From the NCBI GenBank assembly GCA_002633005.1, contig NMRA01001239.1, positions 1-36,722 of the forward strand: a DNA stretch of 36,722 nt. The letters run 5' to 3'. The notes under the pieces are model-generated. The model was not told where the DNA came from, did no database searches, and saw nothing but the letters and a program-made list of their open reading frames with translations. Below are positions 23,205 to 33,222 of this stretch, one piece after another (within the stretch, counting starts at the first letter, position 1; the number at the start of each line of letters is the position of its first letter). The position numbers were made by a program, and so were the translations under genes. This stretch comes from Phoronis australis (Eukaryota > Animalia > Phoronida).

Positions 23205-24345
23205 TGACGAACAACGTGCTGACTGAACCTGCACTTATTTGTACTTCAACAAAATGTAATTAGCTGCAACATTAGAATAAAAAAGAACAGTGATCATCTG
23301 TAATTCGTATGTGTGTCTTGTTATTTAATAAAGTATTGAAAGTTGCTTGCCAAAACTTTAAGCGGTTCACTGAAATTTTATCCCAGGTGCTTTTATAATG
23401 ACAATTGGTCTTGGTTCCATTAAAATTGTGCCGAACACAGTTACTGAATCAAAGGGAGTTTCTCCACTGGAACTTCAGCTTTAGTCACACAGAAACCACA
23501 GAATAACAACAAACCCATCGAGTGAATTTAAAGGATAGCAACTAATACACCGCATGAACATTCGGGGCCATTTTAAATCATTTGTCGTATATGTATAACT
23601 TTTCAATCTCAAGCCAAATGTTGTATTTGATTAAGAACACACTCGTGCATAACGAAAAGCGAAGGCAAACGTTTGGGGAATCATTTTGTTTAAAACAGGA
23701 TTTTGTGGTTATCCTTATTTTGAAGCTCAAAAACTTTACTTAAGTCACTCTCAATAAGACAATATGACAGTGCCGAAACTCACGAACATCATCGTACTGA
23801 CTGAAAGTGCACTTATCTGTACACTGTATTTTGTACATTTCAACAAAATATAATTAGCTGCAATATAAGAAGAAAGAAATACAATGGTTCTCTGCATTCC
23901 ATGTGTTTGTCATGTTATTCGATAAAGCACCGAAAGTTTTGACCACATTCCCACTTGGTTCATAGGAAATTCGTTCGACGCAGTCATTTTTGTACCAAAA
24001 GTTGTTGTTGGCTTCCAGTAAAGGTTTGATAAACAAGTTATTGAAGCGAAACAAGTTTCCCCATGCCGAATTTCAGTTTTAGTCACGTAGAAAACAAAAT
24101 AACAGCAATTCACCGAGCCCATTAAAAGATAACAACTAATACACCGCGTGAACATACATGTAAGGGGTCGTTTTATTTCATTTTTTTGCACGTGTACAGT
24201 ATAACTAGTCAATCTCAAGCAAACGTTTGTGCGAACACACAAGAGCACAATGAAAGGAGAAGGCAAACGTTTTCTTTTTGTTTCTTAATCGTTTTTGGTT
24301 AAAATAGGATTTTGTGATTATTCTTAACAAACTTTGAAGTCCAAA
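23205..24345. repeat. Diverged tandem duplication with a ~570-bp unit
   Basis: GACTGAA..TGCACTTAT, TTCAACAAAAT.TAATTAGCTGCAA, CAACTAATACACCGC, CAATCTCAAGC and GAAGGCAAACGTTT each occur twice in order. Confidence 0.8.
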
Positions 24346-24676
24346 GATTACGTACATGTACGTCATTGCCGAATTGATGTTCGCTGCCAGGATCACTTTC
24401 CGCCATCTTTTAAGTCTACATTAATTCGTTGGATGAACATCCGTTGATTTTGCACTATGTATGACTTAGTTAGTAGTAATATTGAATTTGCTTTCATCGG
24501 TCCCTACCCGTCTCCATGGCTCAACTTCACCGTAGTAGTGTTTGCACAGATGACACGATTAGAGGAGACTGCGTCATTCATTGGCATTGAACGTGCGTGG
24601 TTGCTAAACCACTATCGCAAAAATATCGTTGGCCAAAACGGTGAACGTTAAGCACTTACATGTTCATTGCTTGTGT

Positions 24677-25170
24677 AAGCTGATTATTGCTAGAGGTGTG
24701 AAGTTATCTGCGGCGTAAAGTCGTTATTTACGTCTTAAAGTAATTATTTGAACGTCAAAGTAATTAGTTGTCAAGTTAAGTCATCAGTTACGGAAAAAAG
24801 TAATTATGTGTGGCGTAAAGTAAATATTTACTGCGTAAAGTAATTATTTATGACGTAAAAAATGATAAAGTACGACGTAAAGTAATTATTAGCTAAGCTA
24901 GAAGTTACTTTACGTCGTAAATATTTATTTTTGCTGCAAAAAATCCTTTACTCCGCAATCAATTACTTTACGTCTTGAATAATGACTACGCTGTAAAGAG
25001 TTACTTTACGCTGCAAATAATTACATTACGCTGCAAATAGGTTCGTTACGCTGCCATTATTTATTTTATGCAACAAATATTGTACTTTACGTCATAAGCA
25101 TTTCTTACGCTGCAATTAATTACCTGACGCTGAAATTAAGTATTCTACGCCTCTAACAAGAATTATCTTA
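24677..25170. mobile_element. Foldback element built from ~21-bp subrepeats
   Basis: Left arm repeats GCGTAAAGTAATTAT and right arm repeats AATTACTTTACGC. Imperfect TIR TAAGCTGATTATTGCTAGAGGTG / CGCCTCTAACAAGAATTATCTTA. Confidence 0.75.
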
Positions 25171-25795
25171 TGTTCATAATTATCTGTGTAATGTTCAACC
25201 ATTTGGTCAAGGATACACAATAGGGTATAAAGGGAGTCTAGAAGTAAATGTCAGTAATTGCTATAAAGCAGCGAAAGAGCTCCCAAAAAGTACACGTACA
25301 TGTAGTGTGGTTTGGATGCCGTAAAATGGACCCAGAAACAAAACAGCAGAAAATGCGTTTCTGCTATTTTGGTATACTTGCTAGCATGGTATGGCAAAGT
25401 GCAGGCATTTTCAGATTTCGAATTGAAGGTGATCGTCAAACGATTTTTGCTTATGCAGTGTCTATTTTGATTGTGGATTGGTAAATTGACATGCACGCGA
25501 GTGTGCGCTTGTGTGTGTTTTCACTCTTTTACATTCAATACACGCCGACGGTAATTCCACCATAGGCAGTTTTCTGCCGTAGCTCAAACAAAACCCAAAC
25601 ATTTAACACTGTGTTCCTGCAGTGAGAAAACCTTGGCGAGCATGTTCACAGTATTTGGGAAAAGTAGGTCCAGACTAAATAAAAACTTTGGCCCGTGAGG
25701 AAAAGTTCTCTTGCCAATCATTGTAAATGGTACACAGCTTTACACACTTCATACGAGCAACAAATTTGATAGAAAAGGCTTTTAAAGTTACACGT

Positions 25796-25903
25796 CACTA
25801 CTTCGAAGGTTCGCTACTTCGAAGATTCACTACTTCGAAGGTTCGCTACTTCGAAAGTCCACTTCTCCGAAGATTCACTACTCAGAAGGTTCGCTACTTC
25901 GAA
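25796..25903. repeat. 15-bp minisatellite (CTACTTCGAAGGTTC+A/G variants), about 7 units
   Basis: Direct reading; degenerate inverse copies at ~5640-5730 and ~14230-14300. Confidence 0.85.
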
Positions 25904-26419
25904 TTTCTTCACTTCATTAATCTGGTTGCTTGCTGGTGGGTCGGAACTGACCTCAAAAAGCATTCTACATGTATTAGTCTCCATCATGTAGTTACCATTT
26001 AAAGAGTGTGCAAGAGTTGAATAGTGTTAAAACATTGATAACATTGTTTACAAATGAGCTCAGTTCCAAACACCGAAAATCGTGATTGTTGGATCTTACT
26101 AAAGACTCAGTCTCAATCAGGGACAACATCCGGGGCACGGGTCAGGTTTCAAGTGACCATTGGTGGGATTCTCTGACTTTGTGAAGACTGCAAGGGAAAG
26201 GGTAGCCTTAATTCTAAGCAAATTTAGTTTCGACAGGCCGTGCGTGCGGTTAAGTCGGATGAAGTTGAGGCGCAACGGCCCTATATTACCTCATTGAAAT
26301 TATGCGAACTTGACATGGATTTGATGAATGTAGCGTTGTTGATAATTCATCAATATTCCTTGTTCAAATTCTTTTAACATGATACTAACCCTGTCACGAT
26401 TTCCACCACTCTTCGTTAA

Positions 26420-27100
26420 TGCACCTGGCGTCAATCTTCCAATTTGAAAATATACCAAACCCGGTTTTGCCCCATTGACAGATCCTAAAACGACTTTCCT
26501 GTCCAGAACTCTGAAACAAAATAATGCTTTGCAAAGGCTAGACAATTAACCTTTAAAAGCTTTTAGGAAAGTGAAAAATCCTTTTAAAGTCTGCTAAAGG
26601 GGCAAAAGTGACCTACTTTTAGGGAGTTACACGGCATCTGTGAGAAAAGACCACCCACCATAGACCATAATGTCCAATTGTGAGGTAGTGCCCATGAATT
26701 CTTAGTTTATTCCTACTTTTACCTTTCAAGATTGACGTCAATGATCCATCAGCAGGTGAGAGAACGAGGATTGTTTAAAATCATCTAAACAGGGTTTAGA
26801 ATCCTTTTTGGAGAAAAATGCATCGATTAATAGTTCATACACCGCATATCTCAGTTTGGACATTATGGTCCTTGGTGCGAGATCTTTTCCCACAGTTGCC
26901 GTGTAATTCGCAAAAAGCGTAGGTCAGAATTATCCGTGCAACAAAGTTCGAAAGAACTTTTCAAAACTTTCCGCAAACATTTGAGGGTTGTTTAGGGTTA
27001 CAGAGTATAATTTTTTTACAGAGAACTGGACTGGAAATTCATTTTTAGTATCTATCAATAGGTCAAATTCAGATATGGTATCTCTTTAAAAATGCAAAAG
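26420..27100. mobile_element. ~680-bp palindromic foldback element
   Basis: TTACACGGCA.CTGTG.GAAAAGA...GACCATAATGTCCAA (26627-26677) is inverted at 26855-26906, and outer arms 26440-26530 and 27000-27090 also pair. Confidence 0.75.
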
Positions 27101-28236
27101 CGCACTTATTTTTCCGTATTTGTAGGACATGCGGACAATTTCGTACGCTTTGAAATCAATAATACTTGGATGTTGTTTCGGTATAGGTACGCAACTCAAC
27201 GCATCTAATTACCAACGTAACGTTTATTTTTGCCTGCAAAAGTATAAAAATTGAACCTGATGTCGAAATTTTAGATATTTTTGGAGTTGTGAGCCTTTAG
27301 AATACTTTCTTCTTCCCATTTCCTGCGATGTAAGAAACGTGCAACAATACAACCAGATGAAAAATTTCGTCAAGTCATTCTCAGACTAAAAACTTAAGTG
27401 CAAGAATGTAATGTGGTGTAATCACTTAATTTACGCACTCCTGATTTGAAAGTTTGGCGGGAGGTAACGCGAGAACGTTCTCTTTATGGACCACATTACA
27501 AATCCGAATTTGAGTCGCATTCTATGCGAGCAACAGTCACGGCATCTTCAGTTCCGTCTCATCTCAGGAACATAGAGCTGAAAGTCATCGTTATATATAT
27601 AGATTTTCCTTTCCTCTAATTTACCTATTGCCAGGATTAACGGACAACTTAGAACGTAGTATTATTGACACACCTATGTTTCCAAGCCGCCATTTTATCC
27701 GACAAACAACACGTTGCCGGGTAAAACTTATTGTTTGTTAGTCGACGTTACGCAAGGGGCGGAGCTTACGATCTGTCAATTAAGCTGCGTCAAGGGCCTT
27801 TCTGAAAACTCTACAGTGTCGACCTTAACAAAATATCAAAGGTCCATCGTTCCACAAATTCGAACCACCTCCTGGCAATGCTGTCTACGGGCCTACAAAT
27901 GCGCGGGCCAACTTCACCAGCGCCGAGATCTAAAGTGGGGTTTTTGTTGGATGCAGTGGCTCAGAAGATTTTGAGGATAAAAACTTCATTCTCAACAAAA
28001 TTTCAAGTTAATAAACGAAATCCAATCAAAAATACTGAAGATGTCTAATAAGACAATTATTGATGTGAATTCTTTTGGTTTTAAAATAGCTTTTTATTCA
28101 TCGATTAAATCAATTTTTTGCTTCACTTCTTCAGTCCCTATAAATAATCGAGCCACGAGTAGTGAAATGTTTGGAAACCCCGTCATTTGAATTATGCTAT
28201 TGGAATCAACAAGTGCATTCTGTGATTTCATCAACA

Positions 28237-28740
28237 ACTATTTAGCACACACACACACGCATACACATGCGTAACATTGGTACCAATGTCAAACACAATT
28301 CTTTGAAATATGCCGAATGAAGTGTGGCTCCATGCTCTCGTGCAGCTCCAAAACCGATGCCATTTCTGAGCAATTTTCACGTACATGTACATGTATCTAG
28401 GAAATTTGAACACAGAGGCGTTCTCAGTCATAGTGTTATCACTGCAGCTTCCACAAACGCGCCTCTTTTCATTTCTGATCAAGGCAGTTTTCAGCGGACT
28501 TTCCTAACAACTCCTCACTAGTAAAAACAACGACGGCGGAGACGATCTTCCACCCATTATGTACAAACTCCAAAACATAATTTGTTTCTAATTTTTGGCT
28601 TGTTCCATTGAAAAGGGGTATTAAAGGCTATTCAACCTCTTGAGATGTATTAATAAAAATCTTTTTGAGACAAAGGGTCTTGGTGGTAACTATTTAACAT
28701 GCACACGCACGCATACACATGCGTAACTTTGGTACCAAGT
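28237..28740. repeat. Pair of ~50-bp direct repeats (28237-28288, 28688-28738)
   Basis: AACTATTTA.CA..CACAC.CACGCATACACATGCGTAAC.TTGGTACCAA occurs twice. Confidence 0.7.
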
Positions 28741-29928
28741 GACCGACTACACGTGTACAGCAGTAGCTTTGAACGCAAATTACTACTTGGTGTTCAAGGA
28801 ACTATAGTGAGGTAAAATTTTGCATGGTACTGCAAAAGTGTCTTAGGATTGTCACCGTATAAATAATTTATACAAATGCATCACATAAAAGCACACACAC
28901 ATAGTGTATATCATGCCAGTAGGAAGACAAAAAATCATTGGGGGGCACAAACTAATTTTACTTCGCCAAACTACTCCCCCTTTCTATTGCCACCACCTCA
29001 ACCAACCGCCCCTGTTCTCCGGATGCCGCCGTATTTGTAACGAACGTCCCACGTTCGCCATAGGTGGGGGGAGCAATTCCGGGGCTGCAGCCCTCAGGAT
29101 TTAGGTAGCCCGTGAACTAACAAAGTTTGGAGGGGAGTACAATGGGTCCAGAGCCAGCGCACTGACAGGTAGCGGGGAGCTTTCTAAAGTAACTGTAGTT
29201 GAGGTCTCACAATGTGAAGACACGAAAATCGATGAAATGAACCTCAGTTATGATACACTGGAGACAGGCAGCGTAGCTCGTACAGTACCTATCCGTCTGC
29301 GCTCTGGCTTTAAGGTCAAGATTCGCTTTATTATGATCCAGTTTCGGGAAAAGTTCGTTTTATTATGGTCATTGTTTGAAGGAATTTTTTTGAAAAGGTG
29401 AAGTACCGAGGTTCCTAGTATAGGGCCTTTGGTTCTGTTTCAAAATCCTTATGTAAAATACGGCCGGTAGCCCAATTTCAGGTGGCTGGGGAAAATGATA
29501 CAGAGTGTGTCCCAAAATGTACACACTTCAACGCTTGGAGTTCAAATTCAGTTCCCGTTGATATTTCAGATTCTGTGCAGGCCTAATGCATGGTAACACC
29601 ATATTTTTAACGTGGGTGTCTCAATCATGGCGCACTCCATCTGTGTAGTATGCACGGGAATGGCAAGCCAACGATTCAATCTTGAAGAACAAAAATTTAT
29701 TGCACAATACTACTGGAAACAAAGAACATCAAAGAAGTGCAAAAACGACCTTTCCAAGTTAATAAGAAATGAGTTTAATTTTACTTTCTAGTACACTTTT
29801 TTCGATCTAGGGTTTGTGACTTTACACCAGTAGACAATTTGAATTGTGAGAACATTTCGGTGCGACTTTGCAGAGCTGTCTGATGTTCATCAGTATCTTT
29901 TAGAATTATGTCAGAAAGAAAATCATTT

Positions 29929-30470
29929 AGTGTACTTTGCTATTTGAGATGTGATGATATTTCGAAGTTTCCCAATGTCAGCTTGCAACTAGATTCAGTG
30001 AAGCATCACCATTTCTTACAATATTAGCTTCTAATAGTAAAAAAATCATCTATCAATCAGTCGATTTTCCTGAATGCATGAACATGTAAATCAAAAGCAA
30101 ACATTCGATTCCTTGAGCAATGCGTTCACCTTGATTCCATTTTGATCTCCTGTTTGTGAGTGTAAACGGCAAATCTTGTACCAACGTCAAAAAAGCAATG
30201 CATTTATTGTCTTTTGAATTGTTAGTACATTTTTGGCAACTGTCAAAATTTCATCAATGTCTTTGGGAGTTTTTTTAGATGGGCAAAAACCGTGAAAGTG
30301 TACTTTACTATTTGGAGATCAGGTTATAAAGTTTTTCCAACTTCAGGCTGCAACTAAATCCTCTGAAACGTCATAAAATCTTACAAAATTAGCTTTTAAA
30401 TGCCAAAAATAATCTATTACGAAACTGTCGATTTTCGTAGATACATAGGCTAAACATGTAAATCAGAAAC
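29929..30470. repeat. Diverged direct repeat, ~29929-30100 and ~30297-30470
   Basis: AGTGTACTTT.CTATTTG, TGCAACTA, TCTTACAA.ATTAGCTT, GTCGATTTTC and AACATGTAAATCA are shared in order. Confidence 0.75.
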
Positions 30471-31836
30471 CACCAACCGGGGGAACATGGGAGATGTAGC
30501 ATGTATGCTCATTTCAAAGGTAACTGTAACTGCTCACGAATTAAACTTTAACTTAAAATAGCTGAATACTTTGTTTAGACTGCGAGTACCTTGAGTATAG
30601 TCATTCGACATCAACACGGTCATCACAAATTGTAGACCCAACAGTCTTTTCGACATGTGCGAATGCTTGAAAAACAACACTCCTAGTAACAACAAATACT
30701 ATTCTTGTTATACTATAGATAAAGGTAACAATGTTTTATAAATAATCAATGGAAATAGTTATTTTGTGTAAATAACAAATAATGGTCTTCACGTTCTTCA
30801 AAATTCCACCTTTTCGATGGCGGTCAATCCTATTGTATTTTTCAAACTTTTGGTTGTTTGGGTCGAATGTCTTGATACTGCTGTGCTGGGCACACGTGTT
30901 TTGTGCTTTGGTGAATTTGGAATATCAACTTCCCCTCGAGATTCGTTTTACTCACCAGTGCCGGATTTACACGTACAGAGGGACAAAGGGACAATTCCCC
31001 GAATAGCCCCGCCGAGAGAAGGCCCCCTGTGAAAGGGGTCACTTTAAGATGAAAAGCTAAACATCATTAAGCTTGGAAAAGCGTTACACTTCATTCCATC
31101 TTCGTGTGACCCTGCAAGAAGAGAGCGCCCTAAACATTAAAGCCGGTTGCACGATTTACAAAAAAGTAAAAACTAAAGATAATCGATTCCAACATTGGGC
31201 TCTCTCTCCGGGAGTATTGCCTTAATAATTTGTAAATAAAAAGAGTCACGTAAAGGGGGCCACGTGAATGCCATTAATGCCACCTTCAAGGACTGGGCCC
31301 CTAAATATGAAAAAGATATATACTTTCAAAGATCAGGCAATGTGCTGCAATTAATGTTATCTGTTGGATCATCAATTTTTTTCAAGTGATATAGATACAC
31401 GCAATTTCGAGAAAAAAATAGAGCGATGGTTGTCTTCGGTATCCCTTGCCAGAGAGGAGCCTCTCAAAATTGTTTCATTGAATATAAAGTTATCTCAATT
31501 TTTCAAAATACATGTATGAATTGTTACGTGCACGTCTTCAAGTGCATTTAGACGACCTACACTGTATGCTGCAAAAACTGAGACCCTAACAAAAACATCC
31601 TGCCACGTCCCACAAAAGGTAAACCGTGCCCTGATACTGAGTTGTCAAGTGTTCCATTGAATTTTGTCTCTTACCTGTATTCATAGTCCTTCTTTTCTCG
31701 ACTGTCTGCGGCTCCATGCCCATGTCAGTTGCCATGGTTTAACACTAACCTTCGCTCCCTGCGGCCGTGTATATTGAAAGGCCACGTGTGACCTCGTGTG
31801 GTATATAAAGACAGCCATACACCATCCGGGCACCTC

Positions 31837-32929
31837 TTTTTACCCGCCCACATACTTACAGGTTGGTCGGGTGCATATTACCGTCATCTCTGTCTGGGCG
31901 TCCGTCGTTCGGCGTCCGCAGATGTTATCTCCTAAACTCCTCAAAGATCTTGACCGGATTTGGTAGATGTGTTCCTGTGAAACTGACAAAGGATGGGGAC
32001 GAATTTTGAACAGCTCGGAACACCAGTGTGCCCCTTTCCCCCAAATTGCAATATTTGTTTTTTTACGTTTACCTCTTTATCTTCAAAGGTCCCCAATGAA
32101 ATTTTGAATATGGAGACTGATTAGTGAGATGACTCAACTTTTCTATTATTGGATGGATTCGAGGTATTTTTCGCCACCTATTGACCACCTTTATTGTTTT
32201 CGAGTCCGTTTCAGCGTCCTCCCCTCTATCAACCAAACCACTCAAAGGATGATTGTGATAATTGGTAGATATGTTCTTAGTGTGAAGAGGACGGTTGACG
32301 ATGGCCGACGACTTGGACTACTGTGGCGCTTCCTAGTGGCAGTTTTCAGGTTTGGACACTGGATTTTGAGTTAGCGGAGGGGGGTAGGGCAGAGTACTAG
32401 CCAGGATTCTGCCCGTCAGACATTCGCAATCCGGAACCTTCTAATGGAATCAGGGAGAATTTTAGGGGGGCCGTGGCCCCCTCTAAATTCGACACTATTT
32501 TTTGCGTCCATACATGTAGCTGTATGTGCTATGCCCATCAGGATCTTTATTAAATTAAGCAAGTGTATTTATAAGCGGATGACAGCAGACGACGACTGTC
32601 AGATGGATTGAACACATTTTGCGCCACTGATCCAGTGTTTTTGAGTCTGTTTTTGCGTTGTATCAACCAAAGCACTCAAAGGAAGATTATGAAAATTGGC
32701 GTAGGGCCTACATGTTCTTAATGTCAGGAGGACGGTTGACGATGATTTGCAGACTTCGACAACTCTGACGCCCCCTTGTGGCAGTTTTGTTTTTTTGCGC
32801 CACAGCTGTACATCTATCTCTTAAAACTAATGCAGCCTTTTCATTAAATTTAGCTTGTGTATTAATATGAAGTTAACAACGAAAGACGTCGAGTTTCATA
32901 TGGATTCTACGAACGTTGTGCATCCTACT
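31837..32929 (+). mobile_element. Second DINE-1/HINE-like element, carrying a MITE fragment (~32371-32497) and interrupted by the LTR retrotransposon
   Basis: Homologous to 19892-21030 (CCGTCATCTC, GGCGTCCGTC, ATCAACCAAACC.CTCAAAGGATGATTGTGA, GAGGACGGTTGACGATG). Homology stops at ~32929. Confidence 0.75.
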
Positions 32930-33015
32930 TAGAGAATTATGACATATAGATGGCGCTTGCTATTCGCCCTAGCCGCCATGTTTCTTTTGTCTCTAAATCC
33001 ATTGTTTAATTAGCG

Positions 33016-33129
33016 GTAAGATTCCCTCATTTATTATAGCCTTAGCACATCTCTAGCGTTGTTAACCTATTGTAATCACACGTCACTTGTTAGCGACCTA
33101 GTATTTACCCCCTGTCTCTGTTCTTTCAG
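33016..33129 (+). other. Predicted 114-nt spliceosomal intron inside the LTR
   Basis: Donor GCG|GTAAGA and acceptor CCCCCTGTCTCTGTTCTTTCAG|G. The spliced junction is complementary to the PBS position. Confidence 0.75.
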
Positions 33130-33158
33130 GTTACGATCATTCGTAGTTTGCTGTAACC

Positions 33159-33164
33159 AATAAA
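33159..33164 (+). terminator. LTR polyadenylation signal AATAAA
   Basis: Canonical hexamer about 30 nt upstream of the inferred LTR end. Confidence 0.6.
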
Positions 33165-33195
33165 CAGTGAAGAAATACTTGCGAGTTATTTTCTA

Positions 33196-33212
33196 TGATC
33201 GTAACCGCTAAT
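33196..33212 (+). promoter_or_regulatory. Putative self-priming primer-binding site
   Basis: TGATCGTAACCGCTAAT lies directly after the inferred LTR end, lacks the TGG of tRNA PBSs, and is complementary to 33009-33015 + 33130-33139. Confidence 0.7.
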
Positions 33213-33222
33213 CCTCCACACG

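Larger units (their letters stand above)
24500..27900 (-). repeat. Long interspersed repeat family A, copy 3 (longest, inverted), containing nested foldbacks
   Basis: The reverse complement aligns piecewise to 4480-5730 and 13405-14990. Confidence 0.7.
32930..33195 (+). repeat. Putative 5' LTR (~266 bp)
   Basis: Begins where host-repeat homology ends. Imperfect terminal inverted repeat TAGAGAAT / ATTTTCTA (7/8) and AATAAA at 33159-33164. The 3' LTR is outside the window, so the boundaries are inferred. Confidence 0.65.
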
